From positions 32,001-96,000 of the forward strand of contig CAVYAN010000010.1 of the NCBI GenBank assembly GCA_963766075.1: a DNA stretch of 64,000 bases, written 5' to 3'. The stretch comes from an uncultured cyanobacterium (lineage in GTDB: Bacteria > Cyanobacteriota > Cyanobacteriia > Leptolyngbyales > Leptolyngbyaceae). Below the pieces are notes generated by a model. It was given only the letters and a program-made list of their open reading frames with translations. It did no database searches and was not told the origin of the DNA. Below are positions 19,573-30,678 of the stretch, one piece after another (position 1 is the stretch's first letter; every line of letters starts with the position of its first letter). Position numbers and translations under genes: made by a program.

Positions 19573-20977
19573 CAGGGTAAGCGCATCTAAAAAAGTAGCG
19601 AAATGCACAGATATTTAGGGCGAATCATGGGCTGAGGGCATAGAATGCAAAAATTCGTCATCGCCCGCTTGTCCCGATGTGACGTTGTCAGAGAGGATCA
19701 AAGTGTCCCCTTCATCCCCGTATGACGTATGCCTGAAGGCTTTGCTCCAGCGCCTGAACCCGCGCCAAACCGTCCGCTAGTTTTAGACGCACAAGCCTTA
19801 GGTCAGCGTCTCCAGTCCTGTTTTGCGGCGATTCAAGACCCACGGGTGGAACGGACTCGCGAACATCAACTGGGCGATATTTTAACCATTGCCATTCTCT
19901 CCACCATTGCCGGTGGTCAAGGGTGGGAAGATATGGAAATCTACGGATTGGGTAAACAAGCGTGGTTGTCAACCTTCCTGGCGTTGCCCAACGGCATTCC
20001 CAGTCCGGATACGTTCCGGCGAGTGTTAGAACGCATTCATCCGCAACAACTTGAGCAATGCTTTGAGCAATGGGTTCGCCTCTTAGTTGAGCGCTTAGGT
20101 GTGCAAGTCATTGCGATTGATGGCAAAGGTGTGAATGGCTCCTATGACCGTAAATCAGGCAAGAAAGCGCTCCATTTTGTCAGTGCTTGGGCCACCGAAC
20201 ATCGTCTCGTGTTAGCCCAAACGAAAGTGCAAGATAAGTCCAACGAAATTACGGCCATTCCTGCTCTCTTAGAATTACTCGATATTGCCGGTTGTATCGT
20301 CACACTCGATGCCATGGGAACCCAGAAAACCATCGCAGCACAGATCCAGGCAGTCGGCGCTGACTACATTCTGAGCCTCAAAGCCAACCATCCGACGTTG
20401 TTTGCACAAGTTAAAACTTGGTTCCAAGCCGCGACGACGCGTGGGTCCTTACCAGCGCCCGTTGAATATCAGACCGAAGCCGGGCATCATCGCATTGAAA
20501 TTCGTAAAGTTTGGAGCGTTTCCCTGGCGCAACTGCCGCCCCTGCATCAAAGCGACGAATGGGTGGGATTGCGCACCATTGTCATCGTTGAACGCACCCG
20601 GCATTTATGGAATGAAACCACCCACGAAGTTCAGTTCTATCTCAGCAGTTTACCGGCAGACTGTGCCCGCATTGCCAGCGCGATTCGTCAACACTGGGGC
20701 ATTGAAAATTCGCTCCATTGGGTGCTCGATGTCACCTTCGGGGAGGATGATTGTCGAGTCCGCTCGATGCATGCCCCACACAACCTGGCTGTAATCAGAC
20801 GCTTTGCCCTCAATGCCCTCAATCGCGAATCTTCCTGGAAGCGCAGTCTCAGGCAAAAGTCGAAACGCGCCGCCCTGGATGACCACTACATGCTCAACAT
20901 TTTGACCGCTGCTTTACCCGAATCCAGGCAGAACCTAGAACCTAGCTGTCAATAGGGTTTGAGATGCGCTTACCCTG
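19573..20977 (+). mobile_element. ISAs1-family insertion sequence
   Basis: Perfect 16-bp terminal IRs cagggtaagcgcatct (19573) and agatgcgcttaccctg (ends 20977); no target duplication seen. Confidence 0.92.
19729..20955 (+). CDS. ISAs1-family DDE transposase
   Basis: DPRVERT, IAIDGK, KSNEITAIP, TLDAMG, HWGIENSLHWVLDVTFGED. Confidence 0.93.
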   Translation: MPEGFAPAPEPAPNRPLVLDAQALGQRLQSCFAAIQDPRVERTREHQLGDILTIAILSTIAGGQGWEDMEIYGLGKQAWLSTFLALPNGIPSPDTFRRVLERIHPQQLEQCFEQWVRLLVERLGVQVIAIDGKGVNGSYDRKSGKKALHFVSAWATEHRLVLAQTKVQDKSNEITAIPALLELLDIAGCIVTLDAMGTQKTIAAQIQAVGADYILSLKANHPTLFAQVKTWFQAATTRGSLPAPVEYQTEAGHHRIEIRKVWSVSLAQLPPLHQSDEWVGLRTIVIVERTRHLWNETTHEVQFYLSSLPADCARIASAIRQHWGIENSLHWVLDVTFGEDDCRVRSMHAPHNLAVIRRFALNALNRESSWKRSLRQKSKRAALDDHYMLNILTAALPESRQNLEPSCQ

Positions 20978-21062
20978 TTGCCACAGCTTCTTTAGCATTT
21001 GTCTCTAGCTGTTGACACTTTTTGCAGCCTGTCCCCAAAATTTCAATCTTGATTGTTTCCAT
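20978..21062 (-). pseudogene. 5' fragment of a small thioredoxin-like (MTH895-type, CxxC) protein truncated by ISAs1
   Basis: Minus strand reads METIKIEILGTGCKKCQQLETNAKEAVA and runs into the IS IR; RBS ggagagg upstream. Too short for the ORF track. Confidence 0.8.
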
Positions 21063-21242
21063 GACACCTCTCCTTTTTTATGTTCCGTTATTGAGTTAGC
21101 GATCGACTGTGACAGGTGACGGTTTGATTTTCTGCATCAATTGATTGAATACGATACAAGATCTAACGAAAAATGTACGAGTTCAGCGCTATCGACTTTA
21201 CCCATCAATGGTTAACTCAATGGCGATCGCCCAATCTTCCTC

Positions 21243-21920
21243 TCAGCACCAGGATTGTTCATCAGGAGGATTGTGCAGCAGTTCCCGAATATTGGCTTCG
21301 ATGACCCGATAGCCCACGTTGCCATTGAGCCGCTGCCGACCTTCATTAAAAATCAAGGTGGGGCTGACGGTAACCCCATGCTCTTTGACCAAATCAAAAT
21401 CCTTTGATAAGAGGGCATAAGCCTCGCCAGTATCAATTTGCTCCTGAATCGCCGCGATCGGCAGTCCCAACTCCTCGGCAATGGCAAATTGCACGTTGCG
21501 GTCAGAAACATTCGCCAGTTTGGTAAAAAAGGCTTCCCGGAATGCCCACGTTGCTTTTTCAAATACCTGTTCTGAGGGTTGGACAAGTCCCTTGATCTCT
21601 AGGAGTTGAATGGCCTGGAGAAATAGATGACAGGACGTGGATGACGGTGGAACGACAACAGTCCAAATGTCAGGATGAAGGGTGATGTGATCAAATTTTT
21701 TGACGACTGTGTGAACGTGGTCGCTATAGCCTTTTAAGCCACCCTTGTCACGCCAGCGATTTTCTAACTTTTCTCGGGCATTGCCAAAGACAGGAACGAA
21801 GTGTGGCGCGATCGCAATCTTGTCTTGAAACGTTGTTTTCAACTCATCCAAGCGAATTTGCGCAATATACGCCCAAACGCAGAGAACATCGGAAAAGTAA
21901 AAGATACGAATGGGTTCCAT
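21243..21920 (-). CDS. DsbA/FrnE-like thiol oxidoreductase
   Basis: FSDVLCVWAY (CxxA variant), GVTVSPT cis-Pro motif, C-terminal SWC. Confidence 0.75.
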   Translation of the reverse strand: MEPIRIFYFSDVLCVWAYIAQIRLDELKTTFQDKIAIAPHFVPVFGNAREKLENRWRDKGGLKGYSDHVHTVVKKFDHITLHPDIWTVVVPPSSTSCHLFLQAIQLLEIKGLVQPSEQVFEKATWAFREAFFTKLANVSDRNVQFAIAEELGLPIAAIQEQIDTGEAYALLSKDFDLVKEHGVTVSPTLIFNEGRQRLNGNVGYRVIEANIRELLHNPPDEQSWC

Positions 21921-22180
21921 CGTTATTCCAGTAGTTAGTCATCTAACCACAATAAGTTGATCAACGAAATTGGTGCTTAACTGAGATATTTTATCTCTCG
22001 TAACAGCTCGTCCTGCAATGAATTGCGGGCAAACCAAACGAAGTCTGTTAAAACGGACTGAAGCTTGCTTCCAATGGCTTCTAGTCAACGACCGTGGACT
22101 TTATTCTGGGAGCCCGAACTTGTAGCTCAAGGCGTGGCAACCCTCTCACCCTGATCTACTCTCGTCCCATCACTTCATTC

Positions 22181-22717
22181 TCAAACCCACCAAGGCTTTT
22201 CCCCAGTCCGTGGATCGGTTTCTGTCCAGGGTGAGATCAAAATGCTATTTTCGATGACAGCGACATGGAAAATTTTGAGAGGGAGGGGAGCCGGTCCCCT
22301 GACTACGGTTCCATCTGGCGCATAGAGAGAACCATGACAGGGGCATTGGAACTGTTGATCGTTTGGATTCCAGGGAAAGGTGCAACCTAGGTGGGTGCAG
22401 TTATCCAGTATCCCAATGCTGTCTAGGGTGTGATCTTCCTTAACGATTAAGTAAGTGGGTTCACCGCTTAGACCGGCAACCAGCGCACGGCTTCCTGGCT
22501 CCTCTGCCAAAATTTGTGCGGCTGGGATAGGATTACCCAGAATATCTTTAGCAATCATGGCTCCCCCTGCTCCTGTTTTTTCTGCTGCAGGAATGAAAAA
22601 TTTGCCCGCCACGTAGAGCGCCGAACCCATGGGGACTGCAACGACTGCTCCGGTCAGAAAGTTGAGCAGTTGCCGCCGGGATAGGGACGGACTTTCGATC
22701 GGAAGACTAGTATCCAT
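22181..22717 (-). CDS. petC: Cytochrome b6f Rieske iron-sulfur subunit paralog
   Basis: Tat SRRQLL + TM; CTHLGC and CPCHGS; GPAPLPL; C-terminal WTETDPRTGEKPWW. Confidence 0.9.
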   Translation of the reverse strand: MDTSLPIESPSLSRRQLLNFLTGAVVAVPMGSALYVAGKFFIPAAEKTGAGGAMIAKDILGNPIPAAQILAEEPGSRALVAGLSGEPTYLIVKEDHTLDSIGILDNCTHLGCTFPWNPNDQQFQCPCHGSLYAPDGTVVRGPAPLPLKIFHVAVIENSILISPWTETDPRTGEKPWWV

Positions 22718-22752
22718 GCCGGATCTCCTTCAGTGTTAATGAGTGCATCCTT

Positions 22753-22965
22753 TTAAAGTTGCCCATGGGGCTGGCTGGTATGAATGCCCAGGAGGCGATA
22801 AAGACCGCAAAAGCCGACTAGAGCTGTAACCATCAATACACCCCCCGCAACCACTAGCCCAAGGCCCAGGGCAGAGCCGCTATAGAGGAACAGTCCCAAA
22901 TAAAACAACACCGAAGCCAACAGTAAGCGGATCAGGCGATCGATGGAACCCACGTTCGTTTTCAT
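22753..22965 (-). CDS. DUF2892 (YgaP-like) membrane protein
   Basis: MKTNVGSIDRLIR, two TMs, GFCGLYRLLGIHT. Confidence 0.85.
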   Translation of the reverse strand: MKTNVGSIDRLIRLLLASVLFYLGLFLYSGSALGLGLVVAGGVLMVTALVGFCGLYRLLGIHTSQPHGQL

Positions 22966-23460
22966 AACTGAAATCTCCAATATTGACCGGATTACAAAAA
23001 CTTAGTGCAATCACAAAAGAAGAAAATCCTAACCTATTGCAACTTTACAATCTTCTTTAGTATAACTGATTAAAATATAATCAAGTGAATTTATTTATTA
23101 AGGATATCAAGCACTTAACCAGTAGGCAGAAAAATTATTTGATGGTTGCAAAGATGGCTAAGTAGTTTCTCTAGAAAGTAGTGACTATGTTTACTTGTAG
23201 CTCGCTGCTTAAACTTCAACAGATATTATGCACTGTAGAACACATTTATATATCTGCTCCGATTCATTATTTTAGTGCTAAGGGAGTATGAGATTGGACT
23301 TGCTCCAATCCCTAAACAACTGAAAGTTTCTATCGTAAAGATTGATATGGTATCAGGATAATTCATTCAATTCATACAGTGCTCAAACATGCTTTCAAAC
23401 ATCAGGTTGCTATGTTCATTTTTGACTAATACCTTCTCGTCCAGTTCGGAGATGACCATC

Positions 23461-23945
23461 ATGAGTTTAGACAGTCTAGCGGCTCTCAAGCCCTACCTCG
23501 GCTTTTTCCATCCCATTACCATGTGGATTTTATTGGTCGTTTCACTCTACGCGATGTATCTGGGAGTGCAAGTCCGGCGGACGCGGTTGGCAGACGGCGA
23601 TCTCAAGAAAGAATTAGTGAAGGGTCGGTTTGCCATTCGCCATCATCAAATTGGCTCTATTCTCCTGGCACTGATGGTGATGGGGGCGATCGGGGGAATT
23701 ACAGTGACCTACCTCAACAACGGCAAAATTATGATTGGTCCCCACCTGTTTGCAGGGTTAGGAATGGTCGGGTTGATTGCCACGTCTGCGGCACTGGTTC
23801 CCTTTATGCAAAAACATGACTGGGTTCGCAGCCTCCACATTTCGTTGAACCTGTTTCTGCTAGGACTGTTTGGCTGGCAACTGTAACCGGGGTGCAAATT
23901 GTGCAGAAGATGTTGAGCAAGATGATGACAGATGGTGCAGCGTAA
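23461..23945 (+). CDS. DUF4079-like membrane protein with apparent 1-nt deletion near 23881
   Basis: HPITM, RHHQIGS, GPHLFAG, RSLH. Adding one base at tggcaa^ctgta gives WQAVTGVQIVQKMLSKMMTDGAA* (stop 23943-23945). Confidence 0.75.
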
Positions 23946-23976
23946 GTACGGATTCATCCGGTGGAATCTGACACTG

Positions 23977-24498
23977 TCATGATTTCGCGATCGCTTCTCC
24001 TGCGGCTTTCCACCCTGCAAAACTTGGCGGAAAGCCCCGGACATTGTCGTAGCCCAACAGGTGTAACGTCATCACTCCCATTGCCGATCGGTAACCTGTA
24101 GAACAGTACAGCACTACAGGGCGATTATGTGGAATTTGGGTCAGGGTTGCGGTCAATGTTCGGAGCGGAATATTGACCGCATCGGGGATATGTCCCGACT
24201 GATACTCAGAGGGTTCTCGCACATCCACCAAAACGATTTGGGGATTTTCTAGCAGGCTTTTCAACCCCTCGATATTGGCGATCGTGTAATAGCCCGACGG
24301 AATCGATGTGAGATACTGATCCACGGCTGATTCTAAGTTAGGAAATCCTTGTGGATCTGGCAGAACCTTGATGTCACCTGTTGAGGCTGATGAAGTGAGC
24401 GTAGCAGCCAGAATCGGGGTTTGCCCCATACTAAAACAGAGGCAAACCCATAGGGCGAGTCCCAGCAATATAGCCTGAATTGACTTCTTGGGTATCAT
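23977..24498 (-). CDS. Rhodanese-like protein with N-terminal signal/TM
   Basis: VDVREPSEYQSGHIPDAVNIP; active loop YCSTGYRS. Confidence 0.88.
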   Translation of the reverse strand: MIPKKSIQAILLGLALWVCLCFSMGQTPILAATLTSSASTGDIKVLPDPQGFPNLESAVDQYLTSIPSGYYTIANIEGLKSLLENPQIVLVDVREPSEYQSGHIPDAVNIPLRTLTATLTQIPHNRPVVLYCSTGYRSAMGVMTLHLLGYDNVRGFPPSFAGWKAAGEAIAKS

Positions 24499-24621
24499 AC
24501 GGTTTTTCCTGAAATAGAGGTCTCTTCGATTTGCTGTGTCAGTCAACCGAATCGTTCATGAGAAGGAAACCAGAATCGATTAAGAAAAGATGCTTTCCGA
24601 AATGTCCAAGGGATCATGCCA

Positions 24622-27600
24622 TTAACCCATTATGTTGGTGATAGGCTGCTCCACTTCATCTCCAGAATTATTTTGATTCAATTTTCCTTTGCGATCGCGC
24701 CAGAGTTTGTAATAGAGAATAGGAACGGCCGATCGCGACAGTAACAGGGATGCCACTTCACCCGCCATCAACGAGATTGCTAATCCCTGGAAAATCGGAT
24801 CAGCCAAAATGATAGCTGATCCCACAAACACAGCCGCAGCCGTGAGCAGCATGGGCCGGAATCGGACAGCCCCCGCATCGATTACGGCTTCTTCTAGAGG
24901 CATGCCTTCTTTCAAGCGTAATTCAATGAAGTCCACCAGAATAATCGAGTTGCGCACCACAATCCCGGCTCCGGCGATGAAACCAATCATCGATGTTGCC
25001 GTAAAAAATGACCCCATTAACCAATGGGCAGGCATAATGCCGATCAGCGAAAAAGGAATTGCCGCCATGATCACCAGCGGGGTTGCAAAGGAGTGAAACC
25101 AGCCCACCATCAAGGCATAAATCAGCAATAGCACCACCGCAAAGGCAATCCCCAGATCACGAAAGACCTCATAGGTGACTTGCCATTCCCCATCCCACTT
25201 GATTGCGTAGGTTTCGGTGGTTGGGGGCTGTTCCGTCAGGTAGGTCTGAACCTTAGTGCCAGTGGTCGGAACGAGCTTATCGATCTGCGGTTGGAGGCTG
25301 AGCATCGCATAAACAGCACTCTCGACCTTGCCGGAAACGTCACCCAGGACATAGACAACGGGCTGCAAGTTTTTGTGGTAAATGCTGGTATCTGCCGTCG
25401 TCGTTTCCGTTTTCACCAGGGCACTCAAGGGGACTAAATTACCCGTTGCTCCCTTGAGGTTGAGAGCTTTCAGGTCATCCAGACTGGTACGACTTGATGG
25501 GCTGAACCGCAGATTAATCGCCACATCCTCACGGGCATTTTCATCATGGAGTAGCCCCACGTTTTGTCCCGATAGCGCCATTTGCAAGACTTCGGAAATC
25601 TGGGTAGGACTAATACCATTGAGGGCGGCTTTCTCGCGATCGATCACTAGGCGATAATCCGTCTGGGGTGCTTCCACATACCAGTCTACATCGACGACTC
25701 CATCGGTTGACTGATACAACTGGCGAATTTTGGTGGCGAGGTCAATTTGGCCTTGATAATCGGGACCATACACCTCAGTCACCAGCGTTTGCAGCACTGG
25801 GGGCCCAGGGGGAATTTCGGCAACTTGGATGCGGGCATTGTAGCGATCGCCAATTTCCTTCAACTTAGGACGAATCGCTTTGGCAATATCGTGACTCTGA
25901 CGCTGGCGATAGCCTTTGGGCAAAAAGTTCACTTGAATATCCGCAACATTGGATCCCGATCGCAAAAAGTAATGTCGCACCAACCCATTGAAATTATAGG
26001 GAGAAGACGTGCCGACATAACTTTGATAGTGAATCACTTCCGGGACGGTCGCCAGATACTGTCCCATTTCTCGCGTTGCTCTAGCGGTCTGCTCTAGCGT
26101 TGTGCCTTCCGGCATATTCACGACCACCTGCAACTCGCTCTTGTTGTCAAACGGCAGCATCTTGAGAATCACCCGCTTAAAGCCTGCGAGCCCACCGACA
26201 ATACAGACCAAAGCCAACACCGTTGCGATCAGAAACGTGGTTCCCCGTCGCGGATAATGCACCAGGGGATACATAAATCGGCGATACAAGTGACTCAGGG
26301 CATCCTCTCCATGATCATGGGCAGCGTGACTGGCACCGCTAAAGACTCGCATCGTGGTCCAGGGCACCACAATGAAAGCGACCAATGCCGAAAAAATCAT
26401 CGCAGCCGAGGCACCCAACGGGATGGGCAGCATGTACGGTCCCATTAAGCCGCCCACAAACGCCATGGGCAGAATCGCCGCAATCACTGCTAACGTAGCC
26501 AGAATGGTAGGGTTGCCCACCTCATCCACCGCTTCCAGCACGATCTGTTGCAGGGTGCGCCGCCGATTGACCGACTGCTGTAGGCGCGTTTTATTTTCAG
26601 GCAGTTGGAGATGACGACCCACATTTTCCACAACCACGATCGCATCGTCTACCAGAATTCCAATCGAGAAGATGAGGGCAAAGAATGTGACCCGATTCAG
26701 GGTGAAGTGATAGAAAACAAAACTAGCCAGTGTTAATGCTAAGGTAACCGGAATCGATACCGCCACCACCATGGCCTCTTTTTTGCCCATCACAAACCAC
26801 ATCAGGATCGTCACCGAGCCCATGGCAATCAGCATATGGAACAGGAGTTCATTAGACCGTTCAGCCGCTGTTTCGCCATAGTCCCGTGTGACGGTGAGAT
26901 GAACCGTCTTGGGAATATAGTTGTGTTTAATTTGCTCCAGCTTGTGGAGAACATGGTGAGAGACCTGAATTGCGTTAGCTCCAGACCGCTTGGCGATCGC
27001 GATCGTCACCGCCTCCGTTTCACCGAGAAATTTTGAATTTTGAATTTTGAATTTTGAATTCCCCCCTGCTCCTTGCCCAAAGAACACATAACTAGCAGGT
27101 TCTTCTGAACCATCCGTAACGGTAGCGACATCCCGTAAATAAACCGGTTGATTGTTGGCAACCGCAACCACCAATCCTTTCGCCTCTTCCGCCGATCGCA
27201 TAAAACTTTGGGTTCTAACCAAAAATGATTGATTATTCTGGTTGAAAGCCCCACTGGCCAGCTCAGTATTTTGCCCCTGAAAGGCTTTTGAGATCTCTAA
27301 GGGGGTTAAGCCATAGGCCTTGAGCCGGGTTGGCTCGAGATTGACGCGTAATTGCCGTTTTTGTCCCCCGATGATCGTCGTTTCTGAAACATCGGGAACC
27401 TGCTTGATTTGCTCATCTAATTGGGCCGCAATTTGCCGTAATTCTGCTCCAGTACTTTGTTCGCCCCATAGCGTGAGCGTCAGAATGGGGACATCATCAA
27501 TGGATCTTGACTTGATCAACGGTTGAGAAACGCCCGGTGGAATCTTGTCAAAGTTGGCGTAGAGCTTGTTGTAAAGCTGCACCACAGCATCTTCTGGGTT

Positions 27601-27960
27601 TTGTCCCACTAGAAAGCGCACAATCACCAGGGATGAACCCGGACGCGATGTGGAATAGACATATTCCACGCCCGGAAGTTCTTTGATTAACTTCTCCAGG
27701 GGGGCGGTGACCCGCTGTTCCACATCTTTGGCAGAGGCTCCTGGCATTTGCACGAACACATCGGCCATCGGCACGGTGATTTGTGGTTCCTCTTCCCGTG
27801 GTAAAATCAGAGTTGCTCCAAGGCCCAACAGCAGTGCCACCAGGATGATCAGGGGTGTCAGCTTGGAGTCGATGAATTTCTTGGCTAAATTACCAACGAA
27901 GCCTAATTTAGGGTGATGGGAGGATGGGGATTGATGTCCATTCGGTTCGTTCTGCGTCAT
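24622..27960 (-). CDS. RND efflux permease (AcrB/CusA family)
   Basis: [42 protein letters not shown]; 1112 aa. Confidence 0.93.
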   Translation of the reverse strand: MTQNEPNGHQSPSSHHPKLGFVGNLAKKFIDSKLTPLIILVALLLGLGATLILPREEEPQITVPMADVFVQMPGASAKDVEQRVTAPLEKLIKELPGVEYVYSTSRPGSSLVIVRFLVGQNPEDAVVQLYNKLYANFDKIPPGVSQPLIKSRSIDDVPILTLTLWGEQSTGAELRQIAAQLDEQIKQVPDVSETTIIGGQKRQLRVNLEPTRLKAYGLTPLEISKAFQGQNTELASGAFNQNNQSFLVRTQSFMRSAEEAKGLVVAVANNQPVYLRDVATVTDGSEEPASYVFFGQGAGGNSKFKIQNSKFLGETEAVTIAIAKRSGANAIQVSHHVLHKLEQIKHNYIPKTVHLTVTRDYGETAAERSNELLFHMLIAMGSVTILMWFVMGKKEAMVVAVSIPVTLALTLASFVFYHFTLNRVTFFALIFSIGILVDDAIVVVENVGRHLQLPENKTRLQQSVNRRRTLQQIVLEAVDEVGNPTILATLAVIAAILPMAFVGGLMGPYMLPIPLGASAAMIFSALVAFIVVPWTTMRVFSGASHAAHDHGEDALSHLYRRFMYPLVHYPRRGTTFLIATVLALVCIVGGLAGFKRVILKMLPFDNKSELQVVVNMPEGTTLEQTARATREMGQYLATVPEVIHYQSYVGTSSPYNFNGLVRHYFLRSGSNVADIQVNFLPKGYRQRQSHDIAKAIRPKLKEIGDRYNARIQVAEIPPGPPVLQTLVTEVYGPDYQGQIDLATKIRQLYQSTDGVVDVDWYVEAPQTDYRLVIDREKAALNGISPTQISEVLQMALSGQNVGLLHDENAREDVAINLRFSPSSRTSLDDLKALNLKGATGNLVPLSALVKTETTTADTSIYHKNLQPVVYVLGDVSGKVESAVYAMLSLQPQIDKLVPTTGTKVQTYLTEQPPTTETYAIKWDGEWQVTYEVFRDLGIAFAVVLLLIYALMVGWFHSFATPLVIMAAIPFSLIGIMPAHWLMGSFFTATSMIGFIAGAGIVVRNSIILVDFIELRLKEGMPLEEAVIDAGAVRFRPMLLTAAAVFVGSAIILADPIFQGLAISLMAGEVASLLLSRSAVPILYYKLWRDRKGKLNQNNSGDEVEQPITNIMG
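27029..27060. repeat. Heptamer tandem repeat (aattttg)x4+ inside the RND gene
   Basis: aattttgaattttgaattttgaattttgaatt, encoding [11 protein letters not shown] on the minus strand. Confidence 0.9.
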
Positions 27961-27972
27961 TTCTTTACTCCC

Positions 27973-29319
27973 CTATTCCCGCAGGGCGATGGGTTGTCCG
28001 TCGCTGAGTTGGCTGATGTTGCTGGTGATGATGCGATCGCCTGCCATCAGACCTGAAACAATCTCGATCTGGTCATTTTGCGATTTCCCGGTTTTAACCC
28101 AACGCAGTGCTGCCGTCGATTGATTGGATGAATTCGTCTCTATCCCATAAACTCCCTGCAATTGGCCGCGTTGAATCAGAGCCGCCGTGGGAATGAGAAT
28201 GGTTTCCTGTTTTTCATCTAAAGGCAGGACGATCCGGCCAAACATCCCGGAAATCAACCTGCCGGAATTTTTGAGCGAAATCTTGACCAGGAAGCTGCGA
28301 GAAGTGGGGTCTGAGGCCGGAACAATTTGCTGAATCGTTGCTGGCAATGTTTGATTTACGGCATCGACTCGAACTTTGACAGGTTGACCAACCCGCACGA
28401 ACCGCACATTTTCTTCAGGCACAGCAATCTCCAGTTGGAGTCGGTCTGGATTTTCGACTTTCAGCAGTGCTGTTCCCGGAGCGGCCATTTCCCCTTCGTA
28501 GGCCAGTTTTTGAACGACTACCCCGTCAAAGGGGGCAACCACTGTACCGTAACTCTCGCTGATCGAGGCCGATGCGACACCTGATTCTGCCTGGTGGACC
28601 GATGACTGGGACTGCTCCACCGCTGCCCCAGCCTGCCCAATCGCAGCTTTGGCTTGGCGAACTCCCGCCTCGACTTGGACGACCTTGGCTTGGGCCTGGG
28701 CTAAGGCCGTATTGGCCTGATCCAGGCGTTCTTGGGAAACGGCCCCCTCGGCGCGGAGGCTGGCCATCCGGCCCTGATCAATTTTGGCCAGTTGCAGTGC
28801 TGCTTGCGCCTCAATTTTTTGCGCATCTAGCTGGCTGAGGGTGGCTTGCGATCGAGATAACTCAGCCTGAGCCTGAACCACCCCAGCCTGGGCCTGAACC
28901 ACCCCAGATCTTGCCTGGTCAGTTTGGGCAGAGATGTCGGTCACGTCAATCTGAGCTAGCACCGCTCCCTTGCGAAAGCGATCGCCGGATTCCAGCGCCA
29001 GTTGCGTGATCCGCCCCATCACCCGAGTAGACAGGGTAGCTTGTTCCAGAGGGCGAATTGTCCCCGAGAGTTCCAGCGTATTGGCGATCGCCTGGGCGCG
29101 AATCTCTAGAGTCTTCACCGCGATCGCTGGGACTGATACGGCGGCTGGTGCATCAGACACACGCGTAATGTGCAGAATCCCCCAGATGCCCCCTGTCAGC
29201 AGTAAGGAGCCTCCCAGCAACAGTCCCCACTGCTTTCGCGACAATTTTGGGGATGGCCGGTGGTTTTCTCTGAGCAATACGATCCCTCGATACGCTTCAT
29301 CCGAAGTCGTGTGAGTCAT
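27973..29319 (-). CDS. RND periplasmic adaptor subunit
   Basis: N-terminal TM, long Ala/Gln hairpin, APFDGVV, SGMFGR. Confidence 0.92.
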   Translation of the reverse strand: MTHTTSDEAYRGIVLLRENHRPSPKLSRKQWGLLLGGSLLLTGGIWGILHITRVSDAPAAVSVPAIAVKTLEIRAQAIANTLELSGTIRPLEQATLSTRVMGRITQLALESGDRFRKGAVLAQIDVTDISAQTDQARSGVVQAQAGVVQAQAELSRSQATLSQLDAQKIEAQAALQLAKIDQGRMASLRAEGAVSQERLDQANTALAQAQAKVVQVEAGVRQAKAAIGQAGAAVEQSQSSVHQAESGVASASISESYGTVVAPFDGVVVQKLAYEGEMAAPGTALLKVENPDRLQLEIAVPEENVRFVRVGQPVKVRVDAVNQTLPATIQQIVPASDPTSRSFLVKISLKNSGRLISGMFGRIVLPLDEKQETILIPTAALIQRGQLQGVYGIETNSSNQSTAALRWVKTGKSQNDQIEIVSGLMAGDRIITSNISQLSDGQPIALRE

Positions 29320-29334
29320 AGTTCTTCTTTCTCG

Positions 29335-29688
29335 CTAAAAGCGATTGCCTCGCTGTACAGAATATCCAGCGCTTTGCCATGCCAGTAGGCCCCCCTGCAG
29401 GTTGTAGACCTGACGGTAACCTTGAGTGACTAATTCTTGAGCGGCGATCGCGCTTCGATGGCCCGATAGGCACGTAATCGCGATCGGCTGGTCTTTAGAG
29501 ATGGTCTTCAGAATGCGATCGCGGCTTAACCGTTGTGCTCCGGGCACATGTCCCATCACGTATTCTAACCAGCCCCGCACATCAATCACCAAGAGTTGCT
29601 GTTGGCGTGACTTCAGTTGTATAGGCGTGAGTAAAACCGGGTTCATTGTTTGCTTCTGAATGTGTTGCTGAGTTGATTTCATTTTCAT
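29335..29688 (-). CDS. Single-domain rhodanese
   Basis: IDVR...GHVPGA; TCLSGHRS; NLQGGLLAW. Confidence 0.88.
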   Translation of the reverse strand: MKMKSTQQHIQKQTMNPVLLTPIQLKSRQQQLLVIDVRGWLEYVMGHVPGAQRLSRDRILKTISKDQPIAITCLSGHRSAIAAQELVTQGYRQVYNLQGGLLAWQSAGYSVQRGNRF

Positions 29689-29701
29689 AGGTTTTTCCTG
29701 C

Positions 29702-30103
29702 TTAAATTCGACTCATCACGGCGAATGATTTAACGAACGGTCCGGCCATTCTGGGATCTTTAATCATGGCGGTGTAGTCTCCCACTCGAAATTGCAACTT
29801 GCGAGTGATGTACGCCATGCTTAATCCCATCATGTTCAACCCTTTGGTTTTCCACTGTTGCCAGTGGTCGCGATCGGCGCGTAAATCCCAATTTAGTTTT
29901 TGGCCGGCATAGGTTTCCGCAGCCACCGCTCGTCCCGCTTGAATCGTGAGAACGCCGACCGGATTGACATCCTCTTCAAAGCCATAACCGATGACTGAAT
30001 CGAAGTAAATCTCGGCCAGAGCATGGGCTAGCTCGGGTTCCGCATTCCACTGTTCAGCAAACCTCTGCATCCATTCGGGTGAAAACAAATCTAAATCTGT
30101 CAT
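29702..30103 (-). CDS. SCP2 (sterol carrier-like) fold protein, putative
   Basis: LFSPEWMQRFAEQWN, WDLRAD, KLQFRVGDY; RBS ggggag before ATG 30103. Confidence 0.6.
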   Translation of the reverse strand: MTDLDLFSPEWMQRFAEQWNAEPELAHALAEIYFDSVIGYGFEEDVNPVGVLTIQAGRAVAAETYAGQKLNWDLRADRDHWQQWKTKGLNMMGLSMAYITRKLQFRVGDYTAMIKDPRMAGPFVKSFAVMSRI

Positions 30104-30129
30104 TGGTTTCTCCCCATTAATTTTGAACA

Positions 30130-30669
30130 TTATTCGTAACTGGAAACAGTCCGCCATTCTTGAACTAATGACGGTGAAACAGAGAGCCTGATGGCCTCTC
30201 CCTGGAGCGTCGGCAAGGCCAACGTGAGGGGAATCTCTGCTTGTAACTGCGAGAGTAGCGGCTGAAGATCGTACTGCCCTACGTTGGGTTCAAGGTGATT
30301 GCGCTCCGTGAAGATATCGTGGGTGGTATCAGTCGCCACTAGGGTATTTCCCAGGGAGTTGGTTAACGTCAGGGGATGGGCGCGATCGATTTCAACCCCG
30401 CCTGGGAATCCCACTAACCGCAACTCGAAGCTGGTTTTGCCATCGGGGCGGATGCGCTTGAAGGCTACTGTCTGCCAGCTATTGCCATGCTGATCTTTGA
30501 GGGTTTGGCGGGCCTGATAAACGATTTGTCCCGGTGCTTCCTCCAGTTGACGGATAGCAGCAGTGGCACTGGGTAGATTCAGCATCCCCACCCCCAGCAG
30601 CACACCCAGAATAATCGCACCCAACAACAATAACCCTGAAAAAAACTTCCGAATTTGACATCCCATCAC
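30130..30669 (-). CDS. DUF3122-like exported protein
   Basis: Signal peptide; QARQTLKDQHGNSWQTVAFKR, LRLVGFPG, NVGQYDL. Confidence 0.7.
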   Translation of the reverse strand: MMGCQIRKFFSGLLLLGAIILGVLLGVGMLNLPSATAAIRQLEEAPGQIVYQARQTLKDQHGNSWQTVAFKRIRPDGKTSFELRLVGFPGGVEIDRAHPLTLTNSLGNTLVATDTTHDIFTERNHLEPNVGQYDLQPLLSQLQAEIPLTLALPTLQGEAIRLSVSPSLVQEWRTVSSYE

Positions 30670-30678
30670 TATGGACTC

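Noticed and set aside
21998..22135. Degenerate REP/MITE-like palindromic remnant (aagtctgttaaaacggact)
   Set aside because: Too degenerate to define boundaries from this window alone.
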